Origin: an uncultured Verrucomicrobiae bacterium
Lineage (GTDB): Bacteria > Verrucomicrobiota > Verrucomicrobiia > Limisphaerales > UBA11358
Length of the DNA stretch: 64,000 nucleotides
Reading direction: 5' to 3'
NCBI GenBank assembly: GCA_963711945.1
Contig: CAVQGB010000001.1
Location: 406,865 to 470,864 of the forward strand
The position numbers were made by a program, and so were the translations under genes. The notes below the pieces were generated by a model, which saw only the letters and a program-made list of their open reading frames with translations, was not told the origin of the DNA and did not search any database. Positions within the stretch are counted from its first letter, which is position 1. Every line of letters begins with the position of its first letter. Of the stretch, positions 17,502 to 27,423 are shown piece by piece.

Positions 17502-17783
17502 TCAATAGCGGCGAGGTTCGGGATTCATCACGCGCCAGACAATCAGAATCAAAATGAAGCTCCAAAAAATGACGCCAACCGCAGCGCAGACGACCCCACA
17601 AATCCGGTAAGGCCGCGCGGGATTCCAAAAGAGCCGTTCACTGGCGCGCGCGATGCCGGAAATACTCAACGCGGCAATCCCAAAGGGAATGCCAATCAAC
17701 GGCAAAAGTCCAAGCAACCCGAAAATGAAACAGTGGATGGAGGCTTCCATCATCCTGATTTTTTCGGCGGCGTTCTTGTTCAT
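17502..17783 (-). CDS. small polytopic membrane protein, last gene of the T2SS-like operon
   Basis: 2-3 TM segments. 4-bp overlap with the upstream gene. Confidence 0.5.
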   Translation of the reverse strand: MNKNAAEKIRMMEASIHCFIFGLLGLLPLIGIPFGIAALSISGIARASERLFWNPARPYRICGVVCAAVGVIFWSFILILIVWRVMNPEPRRY

Positions 17784-18001
17784 TTTGATCCCGGTTTCGC
17801 CGGCGCTACTGCAACGGCTGTGACGTTGGTTTGAGGAGCGTTCAGCCGCTTGATCTGCTGCTGCTCCATAAATCTCACTTCGCGGTGCAGATGAAGCAGC
17901 GAGCGGGTTTCCGCCGTGATGAGAATCATCATGATCGCCAGCAGCGCGACGAACAGCAGGGTTGCCATACCGCTTTGGGAGTTGTCTTGTTGGATTTTCA
18001 T
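17780..18001 (-). CDS. 73-aa minor-pseudopilin-like protein (no Glu+5)
   Basis: MKIQQDNSQSGMATLLFVALLAIMMILI.. The ATG at 18001 overlaps the upstream stop (ATGA). Confidence 0.45.
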   Translation of the reverse strand: MKIQQDNSQSGMATLLFVALLAIMMILITAETRSLLHLHREVRFMEQQQIKRLNAPQTNVTAVAVAPAKPGSK

Positions 18002-18564
18002 GGCTTGGTTTGCGCGGCCTCGAAGGTGAACAACAGCGGCAACCGCATTTCCGTGCGGCGCGGCGCGAGTTCCAGTTCCCAGCGCCATGCAGCCACGCCG
18101 CCGCGCGGGTCGGCCTTCATTTCGGACGTTTTCACTTTGTCCAATAGCGGCGTGGAAACCTTTGTGGACGAACTCTGCCTACGCATTTCTCCATTTTCAA
18201 AACAGTAAAATATGTTTCCTCCGGCAATTGGAATCCGCACCGTTTGGCCGGCCGCACCGGTTTCGACGGAAATTATCCCGGTCGCGCCGCGCACGTCCGC
18301 GCGCCACCGTTCGCCGGCGCGCAGGGCGGAGCCGATGTCATCGGTGGCGCAAATCATCGCCCTGGAATGGTTCAAGCAGCAATAAAACGCCGCCATGCCG
18401 GCGCCGGTGACGATGGCGAACACGACAATATACACCAGACATTCAATCAGCAGAATACCGGACCGACATCGTGCGCCCCGTGGAATAAGTCGGATCATAT
18501 GCTGCTGCGTTTTGGAACGAGCTATTCCACGGGGCACGTTTGAAATGGCGGAGGGCAGTTTCAT
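17998..18564 (-). CDS. pseudopilin (prepilin-type N-terminus)
   Basis: The prepilin-type segment is RSG/ILLIECLVYIVVFAIV, with Glu at +5. Confidence 0.65.
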   Translation of the reverse strand: MKLPSAISNVPRGIARSKTQQHMIRLIPRGARCRSGILLIECLVYIVVFAIVTGAGMAAFYCCLNHSRAMICATDDIGSALRAGERWRADVRGATGIISVETGAAGQTVRIPIAGGNIFYCFENGEMRRQSSSTKVSTPLLDKVKTSEMKADPRGGVAAWRWELELAPRRTEMRLPLLFTFEAAQTKP

Positions 18565-19001
18565 TTGAGCGTGGTTTCGCGGACGACCGGGCCGACACCG
18601 CTTTTTTTATCGGCGGACCATTCAAGGCGCAGGTGATTGCCCGTTTTAGTCAGTTGAAAATGCCCCGGCGGCAGTTTGGCGGCGGCGTTGGCACGAACGG
18701 TGTAAGCCTGTAAACCATCCGGGAGATTCTTCGCAACGCCAGCGGCGAGAATTTCCATTTCGCCGTCCACGATCTCATTGGCGACGCTGCGATAGTATTC
18801 GTTTTTGAGACCCCGCTGTTCGTGCGCAAAGGAATAGCCCAGCGGCAACACGGCCATCGAGAGAATCGCCGTGGCGACGACCAGGTCCGCCATCAGAAAA
18901 CCGCGCTGGAGTTCAAGCTTCAGCTTGTTCTTCCGGCGCAGGCTGAAGACCGAACTCCAACCGCACATGCTCCGGTTCTTGGGATGCAGTCTCATTTTCA
19001 T
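18561..19001 (-). CDS. pseudopilin (prepilin-type N-terminus, Asp at +5)
   Basis: The prepilin-type segment is QRG/FLMADLVVATAILSMAVL. Confidence 0.6.
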   Translation of the reverse strand: MKMRLHPKNRSMCGWSSVFSLRRKNKLKLELQRGFLMADLVVATAILSMAVLPLGYSFAHEQRGLKNEYYRSVANEIVDGEMEILAAGVAKNLPDGLQAYTVRANAAAKLPPGHFQLTKTGNHLRLEWSADKKSGVGPVVRETTLK

Positions 19002-20164
19002 GTCGCGTCCAACATTCCTTTCAAAATCATCACCAGCATTCCAAACATGCCGACGGCGATGAGCGCCACGACCAGTCCGTTGAAAATCACCAGACCGCTG
19101 GTGAGGGCGTGGGTCGCGGTTTCCTCCTGCTGGAACGCCCTGGCGTCGAGCTCCTCATGCCAGCCGCGCAGCGCATTCAAGAATCCGCCGCGCGCGTGGA
19201 CGGCATTCGTGAGCCGCCAGTGAAATTCGCCGGTGTCGTCAAACGTGCGGATGGCATCATTCAGTTTCACGCCATTTTCGAGCGCGGCGATAACGCGCCG
19301 GGCGCGGCGGCGGCAGATTTCGTTGGCGGTGGCGTCGCCCGCGAGCCGGACGGCTTCGGCCTCCGGCACACCACCGTCGAGCAGCACGGCAAGCATGGCG
19401 GAGAACGTTCGGAGCAATTTCTTTTGCTTCCACGACACGCGCCAGGCGATCCAGTCCACGACGGGAACGCTGCGGAATTGGAATTTGCGGACGAAGCCCG
19501 GCCCGCCGATGTAAATCAACACCACGGACAGCAGCGCCAGGAAGACCACCGCTTCAAAAGTCACGAGCCAGAAAGTATTTTGAAAGACAAACATCGCCGG
19601 CGGCCAGACCCGGAAATTATACCCCGCAGCGATTTCCTTGAACTTGGGAATGACGAACGTGGATTCCAGGCTGATGATAAAACAGGCGACCGGTGCAAAG
19701 ATCAGCAGGATGGCCACCATGTAGTGCATCGTGGTGCGAACGGTGTCCGGCGCGATGCGCAAGACTTCGCGGCAGGCGGGCAGGACGCGTTTCAGGTCGC
19801 CAAGTTTTTCACCGGCACGGATAATGGCGTTGACCTGCGGCGGCAGAAAGCTTGGGACTTTTTCAAGCGCCTCGCCGAGTCCGGCCCCATTTTCGATGTG
19901 CGCGGCGACCATGAAATAACCGACGCCCACCGCGCGGTCGCGGTTTTCTGCGGCGGAAAGAATGGCTTGTTCCACCGGCTGTCCTCGCTGGAGGACGGTT
20001 TCCAGCAAATCCAGAAAAAACAGCGCGCGGTCGCGGCGGCGCATGGGCAGTGAGAGCAGATAATGCATCAGCACCGAAAACGCGCCGCCCGGCAGCAGTA
20101 TCAAAACTGCATACCAAAACAAGACGAACACAAACTGTAACAAATCGGTCATAGAGTTCAGCAC
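18998..20164 (-). CDS. gspF: GspF/PilC-family platform protein, paralog 2 (two T2SSF domains)
   Basis: Two repeats of the T2SSF cytoplasmic domain are separated by TM segments (..LETVLQRGQPVEQAI.. and ..AMLAVLLDGGVPEAEAV..). Confidence 0.8.
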   Translation of the reverse strand: MLNSMTDLLQFVFVLFWYAVLILLPGGAFSVLMHYLLSLPMRRRDRALFFLDLLETVLQRGQPVEQAILSAAENRDRAVGVGYFMVAAHIENGAGLGEALEKVPSFLPPQVNAIIRAGEKLGDLKRVLPACREVLRIAPDTVRTTMHYMVAILLIFAPVACFIISLESTFVIPKFKEIAAGYNFRVWPPAMFVFQNTFWLVTFEAVVFLALLSVVLIYIGGPGFVRKFQFRSVPVVDWIAWRVSWKQKKLLRTFSAMLAVLLDGGVPEAEAVRLAGDATANEICRRRARRVIAALENGVKLNDAIRTFDDTGEFHWRLTNAVHARGGFLNALRGWHEELDARAFQQEETATHALTSGLVIFNGLVVALIAVGMFGMLVMILKGMLDAT

Positions 20165-20176
20165 ATGAGATTGCGA

Positions 20177-21190
20177 TCAGCCGCCGCTCATGCTCGTTGT
20201 CATGCGAACCATCGGTAAAAACATGCTGATGACCAAGAATGCCTGCGATAAAACAACCGCGCCAAGAAACAATGAAATAATCGGCAGCACCGAAAAAAGC
20301 GCGATCTCGGTGCGGTAGATGGCGCGCGAATGGTAGATTTCCGCCGCACGATTGAACCCGGCCGTTAAATCTTCGCCGGCACTGGCCACGACCCAGACGA
20401 ACATCGGCGGAATTGTCCGGTTGCCGGCGGCAATTTCGGAAAATTTCACGGTTCCAGCGGCGAGTCTATTCTGCCACTCCTTTAAATCGGCGGCGGAGGC
20501 GCTGTTTTCAAGTTGCGCCACGAGTCCGATGGCTTCCGGCAGGGGAACGCCATTTTTCAGCAGCAGCGTCAATGCCGACGCGATGCGCGAGACGTTGGCT
20601 TCCTTGAACGCCGGCAGCCGCCAGAGGTATTTCCCGCGCAGCTCCGGCAGAAAAATGACGGACACCATGATAAAAAACAGGACGCCGAGTATTACCGGGA
20701 AAATCCAGATGGTTTTCAACGTCGAAAACGCAAAGAGTGTGGCTGCGGGAAGCGATATGTTCGTGCCGCTAAACACATCTTTGAAGGACGGTCCGATGAC
20801 GCAAGTCCAGGCGAATGCCAAAACCGTCGAGATGACAACCGCGACAAACATCACGATGAGCGGATAGGTCATCATGCTTTTAAGCCGCGTCCAGACATCG
20901 TTCTGCCGCTGGAAATAATCCGCGAGCATCGTCAGCGCACCGGGCAGGTCGCCGCTTTTGACGCCGACGAGAATCATGCGCTTGTAAAGCTCCGGCAACT
21001 GGCGCGGTTTCAGGGCGTCGGCCATCGGCACGCCGTTGGCCAGGTCGGCTTCGAGCGTCTGCAATTCGTCGCGCAGGTTTCCGCGGCGCATTTCCTGGCA
21101 GAGCCGGCGCAGCCCGCCTTCGAGCGGGATGCCATCGCGCAACATCGCCGCAAGCTGCTGGTTGAAGAAGGCAAATTCGTCGTATTTCAT
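20177..21190 (-). CDS. gspF: GspF/PilC-family platform protein, paralog 1 (two T2SSF domains)
   Basis: MKYDEFAFFNQQLAAMLRDGIPLEGGL.. and ..LTLLLKNGVPLPEAI.. Confidence 0.8.
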   Translation of the reverse strand: MKYDEFAFFNQQLAAMLRDGIPLEGGLRRLCQEMRRGNLRDELQTLEADLANGVPMADALKPRQLPELYKRMILVGVKSGDLPGALTMLADYFQRQNDVWTRLKSMMTYPLIVMFVAVVISTVLAFAWTCVIGPSFKDVFSGTNISLPAATLFAFSTLKTIWIFPVILGVLFFIMVSVIFLPELRGKYLWRLPAFKEANVSRIASALTLLLKNGVPLPEAIGLVAQLENSASAADLKEWQNRLAAGTVKFSEIAAGNRTIPPMFVWVVASAGEDLTAGFNRAAEIYHSRAIYRTEIALFSVLPIISLFLGAVVLSQAFLVISMFLPMVRMTTSMSGG

Positions 21191-22284
21191 AAGCCAAAAA
21201 TCCGTTTGAACTCCGCTTCGTTCGTCACGCCACGATTCACGAGCGAACGCGCCGAAGCTTCGAGGTTTTGCACGGGCGCCAACGCGTTCAGTTCGCGCCG
21301 CCGGATGTTGTCGCGCATTTTATCGTCCACGCGCAGCCATTCGGTCAGCGGTGCGCGGCCTTGATAGCCGGTGCGCAAACAGCTTTCGCAACCCGCGCCG
21401 CCGCACGCGGAACAGACCTTGCGCATGAGCCTCTGGTTCAAAACCAGTTCTACCGAGCTGGCGACGGCGGACTGGTCGGCACACATCGCGAGCAGCCGCT
21501 CGAAGACGCCCTTGCACGAGCCGGCGTGCAGCGTCGAAATGACGAGATGCCCCGTCAGCCCGGCGCGGACCGCGAGTTGCGCCGTCGCCTCGTCGCGGAT
21601 CTCGCCGAGGATCAGCACCTGCGGGTCCAACCGGAGCAGATGCCGCGCGGCGCGGGCGAAATCCAGGCCGATGGCTTCGTTGATTTCCGTCTGCATCGTG
21701 CCGGGGACAATCTGCTCGACCGGGTCTTCAACCGTGATGATCTGGCGTCCGCCGCAATCGGCCAGGTGCCGCAGGCAGGCGTAAATGGTCGTGGTCTTGC
21801 CGCTGCCCGCCGGGCCGGTGAGCAGGAGCAGGCCGGTGGTTTGGCGGAGAAAATGTTCCAGTTCGGCGCAGGCGGAATCCGGCAGGGACAATTCGTGCAG
21901 CGTCTTCGCCGACGCCGAATTGAAAAGGCGCAGCACGATCTTTTCGCCGGTCACGGTCGGGTAAGTGGCGACGCGGATGTCGTTTTGGATTCCGAGTTCG
22001 TCGCGCGAAATGCGGCCGTCCTGCGGCAGCGATTCCTGATACGTTTTCAGCCGCGCCAGAAATTTGATCCGGCCAAAGACGCGCTCTGCCACGTCGGCGG
22101 CAAGCTCGGGGCCGGGCGTGATGATGCCATCCAGCCGGAAGGCGACCTCGGAGGTGTGGCCGCGCATCTGCAAATGGATGTCGCTGGCGCCGGCGCACTC
22201 GGCCCGGCGGACGAGTTGCTCCAGGATTTTCGGAGCGGAAGATTCCTCATCGGCGCCCACGGTTTTTGTTTTCTCTGAAATCAT
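21187..22284 (-). CDS. gspE: GspE/PilB-family secretion ATPase (short form)
   Basis: Walker A LLLLTGPAGSGKTTT, Asp box, Walker B VLILGEIRD, His box LTGHLVISTLH, and a tetra-Cys motif CSACGGAGCESC. Confidence 0.9.
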   Translation of the reverse strand: MISEKTKTVGADEESSAPKILEQLVRRAECAGASDIHLQMRGHTSEVAFRLDGIITPGPELAADVAERVFGRIKFLARLKTYQESLPQDGRISRDELGIQNDIRVATYPTVTGEKIVLRLFNSASAKTLHELSLPDSACAELEHFLRQTTGLLLLTGPAGSGKTTTIYACLRHLADCGGRQIITVEDPVEQIVPGTMQTEINEAIGLDFARAARHLLRLDPQVLILGEIRDEATAQLAVRAGLTGHLVISTLHAGSCKGVFERLLAMCADQSAVASSVELVLNQRLMRKVCSACGGAGCESCLRTGYQGRAPLTEWLRVDDKMRDNIRRRELNALAPVQNLEASARSLVNRGVTNEAEFKRIFGL

Positions 22285-22405
22285 GTTTTCTGCGCTAAAT
22301 TTCCAGACGCATCCGCCGCAAACATCCGGCGGTGGCCAGCCAATTCAGCCAATCATTCAATTAGACAATGAAGACGAAAAACCGTCACGCGCTCCCGTGC
22401 GATTA

Positions 22406-23343
22406 TTATTGGCGTGGTTTGACCGGTCTCAACCGCCAGATGCCGGCGAGCAGGCTGCCGATGACGGAATGGAACGTCGCCGAAATCGCGCAGGGCAGCG
22501 CAACCATCAACGGGTTGGCGAAATGCGCCTTGGCCAGTGCCGCGCCGAGGCCGGAATTTTGCATTCCCACTTCCACGGAAATCGTCCGGCTGGTCAGCTC
22601 GTCGCAGCGAAGCAGGCGGCTGGCGAAGTAGCCGAGGAGAAAGCCGCCGGCGTGCAGCAGAAACACCGCCAGAATCAATTCGCCGCCCGACCGTTTCAAA
22701 TCGTCCGCGCTGCTGCCGATGATGCTGGCGCAAATCAGGGTGATGGCCAGCACGGAAACCAGCGGCGACACCGGCAGGACATATTTCACAAAGCGCGGCA
22801 GATAGCGATTCAATGCCACGCCGATGACCACCGGCGCCAGCACGATTTGCAGCACACTCAAAATATTCCCGGCGCGTCCACTGGCACGTATTGGCCGGCC
22901 AGCCATTTCGTCAGGAGCGGCGTCATGACGATGGCCCCGAGCGTCGAGCACATCGTCACCAGCACCGCGAGTGCGACGTTTGAGCGGGCGAGATAATTCA
23001 CCACGTTCGATGCCGTGCCGCTGGGGCAGCAGGACACCAGAATCAGGCCCACGGCGAACGGCGTCTCCAGTTTCAGCCAATGCGCGATGCTCCAGCCGAG
23101 GAACGGCATGATGGCGTAATGCGCGGCGAAACCGATGCCGACTGCGCGCGGAACTTTCAGCACCCGCTTGAAATCGTCCACGCTCAACGTGATGCCCATG
23201 CCCAGCATGATGACCGCGAGTCCCCAGTTGATGAACCCGCCACTGAACCACGTGAACCACGCCGGTTGCGCCAGCGCCAGCGCGCCGCCGATCAACACCC
23301 AAACCGGGAATAAATTCGTAGTGACGGCAAAAATGCGGCTCAT
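22406..23343 (-). pseudogene. bile acid:Na+ symporter (BASS/SBF) family transporter; one frameshift near 22865
   Basis: MSRIFAVTTNLFPVWVL..LVSCCPSGTASNVVNYLA.. continues in another frame as ..VEVGMQNSGLGAALA.. Confidence 0.8.
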
Positions 23344-23484
23344 GTGTGCCGGGATTAAACGAAACTTCCCGCGCAGGCAACAAGAAATGAATGCGCCAAA
23401 ATTCCGGCCTTGCCGCGAATGCAGTGGAAGCGGAACCAGTCCATTCCCACGCGCACGGTTTTGTTGTATCATGACGGACTGTTT

Positions 23485-24717
23485 ATGGATTCTGTTTTGA
23501 CAACGGCAAAGCATGCGCGCACCGAAAAGTCATTCACGCCGGCGATGTTTGCCACAATGATTGCCGGGGGTTGCACGTTTCTGAACGTGTATTGCACCCA
23601 GCCGCTGCTGCCGTTGTTCCAGCGGATTTTCCACGCGTCCGAGGTTGAAGTCAGCCTGACGGTGGGTGCTGTCACGCTTTCAGTTGCCATCATGGCTCCC
23701 TTCGTGGGTCTGGTGGCGGAAACCATCGGCCGTAAAAAAGTCATTGTGCCCGCGCTGTTCGCGATGGCGGTCGCCACATTGCTGACCGCCACGGCACACG
23801 ACCTCCACGCGTTCATTTTTTGGTGGTTTGTGCAGGGGCTGTTCGTGCCCGGCGTCATCGCCGTGATCATCGCCTATATCAACGAGGAATTCCCTGCCCG
23901 CGCCGGCACCGTCATGTCCGCTTATGTTGCGGGCACGGTATTCGGCGGATTTCTCGGCCGGTTCCTGACCGGCGTCATCGCCGAGCGCGGAAGCTGGCGC
24001 GAAGTCTTCTTGGTTTTGGGCGTGCTGGATTTGCTGGGGGCACTGGCGGTGCGGCAATGGCTGCCGCTGGCCGTGAACTTTGTTCCTGCCAAACACATTT
24101 TCAAATCGTTTACAGACACCTCGCGTCATCTGCAGAACTACCGGCTGCTGGCGGTTTGCGGGATGGGTTTCACGGTATTATTTTCGCTGGTGGGCGTGTT
24201 CACCTACATCAGCTTTTACCTGTCCCGGCCTCCGTTCAGCCTGAACCCGGCCGCCTTGGGCGCCGTGTTTTTCGTCTATCTGCTGGGCTGCGTGGTGACG
24301 CCGCTGGCCGGGCGGTTTCTGGATCGGCACGGTTTTCGCCGCACGGCGCTCTGGTCCGTGGGCATGAGCATCACCGGCCTTTTGCTGACGCTGACGCCGT
24401 CACTGCCGGGGGTGATCGCCGGGCTGGCGATTTTTTCCTCCGGCATTTTCATTTCGCAATCGGCGGCGACCGTGCTGACCGGCCGGGTGGCGGAACGCGC
24501 CCGCTCCGCCGCCGCCGGTCTTTATGTGACTTTTTATTACATCGGCGGCAGCATCGGTTCAGTCGCGACGGCGTGGTTTTGGCTGCATGGCGGCTGGCCC
24601 GGCTGCGTTGGGTTGTTCGCTGCGGTCAATCTACTCACTCTCGGCTTCAGCTTTTTGGGCGGACGCTCTTTGACCGGTGAAAAACCCGCTGGCCCGCTGG
24701 TGGATACTGCGATTTGA
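23485..24717 (+). CDS. MFS transporter
   Basis: 12-TM pattern. GLVAETIGRKKV fits the MFS loop 2-3 motif. Confidence 0.75.
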   Translation: MDSVLTTAKHARTEKSFTPAMFATMIAGGCTFLNVYCTQPLLPLFQRIFHASEVEVSLTVGAVTLSVAIMAPFVGLVAETIGRKKVIVPALFAMAVATLLTATAHDLHAFIFWWFVQGLFVPGVIAVIIAYINEEFPARAGTVMSAYVAGTVFGGFLGRFLTGVIAERGSWREVFLVLGVLDLLGALAVRQWLPLAVNFVPAKHIFKSFTDTSRHLQNYRLLAVCGMGFTVLFSLVGVFTYISFYLSRPPFSLNPAALGAVFFVYLLGCVVTPLAGRFLDRHGFRRTALWSVGMSITGLLLTLTPSLPGVIAGLAIFSSGIFISQSAATVLTGRVAERARSAAAGLYVTFYYIGGSIGSVATAWFWLHGGWPGCVGLFAAVNLLTLGFSFLGGRSLTGEKPAGPLVDTAI

Positions 24718-24765
24718 AATCACTGGGATCCGGCCAACAATCATCTCAACGGGGCGAGACGGCGC

Positions 24766-24881
24766 TCATCTGCGGACATTACTTCCCCCTGCTTTGAAAA
24801 CCAACCAACCCCAGCCGGCCAGAAAACTCACGCCGCCAACGGGCGTGATGGCGCCGAGCCAATGCGCATTGGTGACCGCTA
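24766..24881 (-). pseudogene. DUF423 membrane protein, C-terminal fragment (displaced by the IS)
   Basis: ..AVTNAHWLGAITPVGGVSFLAGWGWLVFKAGG.. continues the 26044-26301 fragment exactly once the IS and one TA are removed. Confidence 0.8.
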
Positions 24882-24941
24882 TATATCCGCGCATAAATAA
24901 TTCGACATATTGGCAAAAGCCCGTTATGGTTTGCAGACAAG

Positions 24942-26011
24942 ATGCGTCCTATATTTGCCAGAGGCAACGAGCGCAGCGTCCAGTCGCTGCTCCAACTGCG
25001 TAAAGAAGCGATCAAGGACCAAGAGCCGCGCGTGGCCCAGCGCTTCCATGCTATTGCGTTGAGTATCGAAGGCCATACCACGAGCCAGATCGCCGAGTCG
25101 CTCAAAGTCCATCGTTCCTCCGTCCCGTTGTGGATCGAACAGTGGAACCGGCACCGTGAGCGGGGATTGTTGGAGGGGCATCGTGCGGGCCGGCCTGGGG
25201 AACTGAAGCCTGCGCAGCGGGAGCAATTGCAAGATATTCTGGACAGCGGCCCTGTCGCTTACGGTTTGGAAACCGGCATTTGGACTTCTCCCGTCATCAG
25301 CCGAGTGATCGCCGACGAGTTTGACGTCGACTACCATCCGGGACATGTCCGCAAGTTGCTCAAGCAACTGGGCTATTCGGTGCAGCGTCCCACCACCCGG
25401 TTGGTGCAAGCCGATCCGGACCGGAAGAATCGGTGGGTTCGTTATACGTATCCACGCCTTAAAAAAAAGCCCGGAACGAAGGTGCCATAATCGTCTTTGA
25501 GGACGAGGCGTCGTTTCGCCAGACTCCCACCTTGCACGCCACTTGGGCGCGGGTGGCCAGCCAACCGCGCATTCCCACCCGGGGCGAACGGAACACGCAG
25601 AAGATATTTGGCGCGGTGCGTTTGGACACGGCGCAATTCACCTACCTCCACCAACCAGACTATTTCCAATGGGAAACCTATGTGGCGTTTCTGGATCAGA
25701 TTTTGGTGCCCGCGTTTTATCGGCGCGGGCACCGGGTGTTCTTGATTCAAGACAACGCCTCGTATCACAAAAAGCGCGAAACCTACCAATGGTTCGCCCA
25801 ACACCGTCGCTACGTGGAAGTATTCCAGTTGCCGCCCTACTGCCCGGAACTCAACGCGACCGAGAGAATTTGGAACTACACCAGAAAACACGCCACTCAT
25901 AATCGTTACTTTGAGCAACCTCAATGCCTTTGCCGCGCGCTTTACCGCACCTTCCACCATGTCCAACGCCATCCAGAAGAAATTGCCAATCTCATCCGCC
26001 CATTCTGTTAA
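24942..26011 (+). CDS. IS630-family DDE transposase, two frames joined by a putative -1 frameshift
   Basis: The HTH part (24942-25490) and the DDE part (..IIVFEDEASF..VFLIQDNASYHK..ELNATERIW) are offset by -1 at the A-run. Confidence 0.8.
25463..25469 (+). promoter_or_regulatory. candidate -1 programmed frameshift heptamer A_AAA_AAG
   Basis: The zero frame reads CTT AAA AAA AAG CCC. After a -1 slip the frame reads ARNEGAIIVFEDEASF. Confidence 0.55.
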
Positions 26012-26043
26012 TTTTTATGTCGTATTACTTATGCGCGGATATA

Positions 26044-26301
26044 TAGCAGATACAGGGACCCGGAGAAAACGCAAATGCCGGAGAGAAAACTCCACCACGC
26101 GACCGCCGGAAACGGTTTGCGGTCCGCCAGCACGAACAGCATCACCGCATGGATGAAATGATAAAACACCGCCTTTTCCCAGATGACCGCCGTGCCGTTT
26201 TGCGCGAGCAGATCCTTAAGACCGTGCGCGCCGAACGCACCCAGCGCCACGGCGAGCAGTCCCATCGTCGCGGCGATACGGGTGGCAAGGGTTGAATTCA
26301 T
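26044..26301 (-). pseudogene. DUF423 membrane protein, N-terminal fragment
   Basis: MNSTLATRIAATMGLLAVALGAFGAHGL..SGSLYLL, followed directly by IS sequence. Confidence 0.8.
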
Positions 26302-26333
26302 CGCGCCCAGTGTTCATCGGCCAGCACCCAAAA

Positions 26334-27038
26334 TCAATCGTGATAACCGCGGATCACGATGGCCGTGCTCGTGGCCGGATCAAACACTGCAAAGATGCTG
26401 CCGCGCTGGTGTTCTTCGCCTTCCTTGAAAACGCGCTTGAAGCACAGTGCGTTCGTCAGCAATGGCAGGCTTTGACCCAGCCGTGTCGCCTTGAGACTTG
26501 AAACGTCGAATGCCTTTTGGAACTCAAATTCGTCCGCCGGCGCCAGTTCGGCCCGGGTCACGAATGTTTGAAACGACTTTTGGTCCGCGTGAATAACCGC
26601 CATCCATTCCCCGCGCAGAAAAGCGGAATACCCCGTGACCCGGATCTGGCTGGACGACGCCGGAGCGTTCCCCAAGCAAATGTAGGCGAGCCGGTGACCG
26701 GGCGATCTGCCCGCGCCCAACAGCACGAGCAACAGGGTCAGCACCAGTCCGGGTCCCACCAGCAAAGCCAGCGCCGCCGGCGCCTTCAACGAGCGCTTCT
26801 CGATCATGATCTTGGTCAGGGCAAAGACGGTGCTGCCGCCTCCCCCAACCAGCACCATGACCGGGATGAACGGCAGCAGTGCCATGAGGACGGCTGTGCC
26901 GAAGAAATCGGCAGTGCCGTATTGGGTTGCCAGGAAAAATAGGACGCCGGCGCTCACCAGCACGGCGTTCAAGAGCCACAGCCGCCAGTAATTGATGGGG
27001 CGCGGGATTGCGCCTGTTTGTTGTTCAACTGCATTCAC
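26334..27038 (-). CDS. hypothetical polytopic membrane protein (start uncertain)
   Basis: TM-rich N-terminal half. The annotated upstream extension (27039-27191) is made of REP-like hairpins, so a GTG at 27038 is the preferred start. Confidence 0.45.
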   Translation of the reverse strand: MNAVEQQTGAIPRPINYWRLWLLNAVLVSAGVLFFLATQYGTADFFGTAVLMALLPFIPVMVLVGGGGSTVFALTKIMIEKRSLKAPAALALLVGPGLVLTLLLVLLGAGRSPGHRLAYICLGNAPASSSQIRVTGYSAFLRGEWMAVIHADQKSFQTFVTRAELAPADEFEFQKAFDVSSLKATRLGQSLPLLTNALCFKRVFKEGEEHQRGSIFAVFDPATSTAIVIRGYHD

Positions 27039-27100
27039 GTCGGCATCAGGAAAGCCGACTGGTTTGCAAACGCAAGGTTTAATGGCAGGACGATGACAAA

Positions 27101-27198
27101 GCGCCAGAGGGCTGGCGCAGTCCAATACGTTTCGCGCCATCCACCAATCCCCATTGACGCGCCAGCGTCTTGGAGTGCGGTGGCCCTCCACCGCTTTT
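27101..27198. repeat. cluster of three GC-rich hairpins (REP-like)
   Basis: The three hairpins are GCGCCAG-aggg-CTGGCGC (27101-27118), GACGC-gcca-GCGTC (27156-27169) and GCGGTGG-ccct-CCACCGC (27177-27194, followed by TTTT). Confidence 0.8.
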
Positions 27199-27423
27199 GA
27201 CGGGCCGACGCTTCATCGAAGGCTCGTGCGCAAACTTTTTCCAGGCGGGCGAAGGCGCGGGCAAAGGCGGCGGGGGGCGGCCAGTTCGAGAAATCGGGGA
27301 AGTGAGATTTGCGGACGGCTACCGCCAACTTGTCGCGCCGGAATCCGATGAAGGCGGAAGCTTCGCCGGTGGCCGAGCCCAAGCACTCCCATTTTTTCAC
27401 CATAGCGCAATCCGGTAACAGGA

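Larger units (their letters stand above)
24882..26043 (+). mobile_element. IS630/Tc1-mariner family insertion sequence, 1162 bp, flanked by a TA target duplication
   Basis: ~28-bp terminal inverted repeats (tatatccgcgcataaataattcgacata / its complement at the right end). TA at 24880-24881 and at 26044-26045. Confidence 0.9.
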
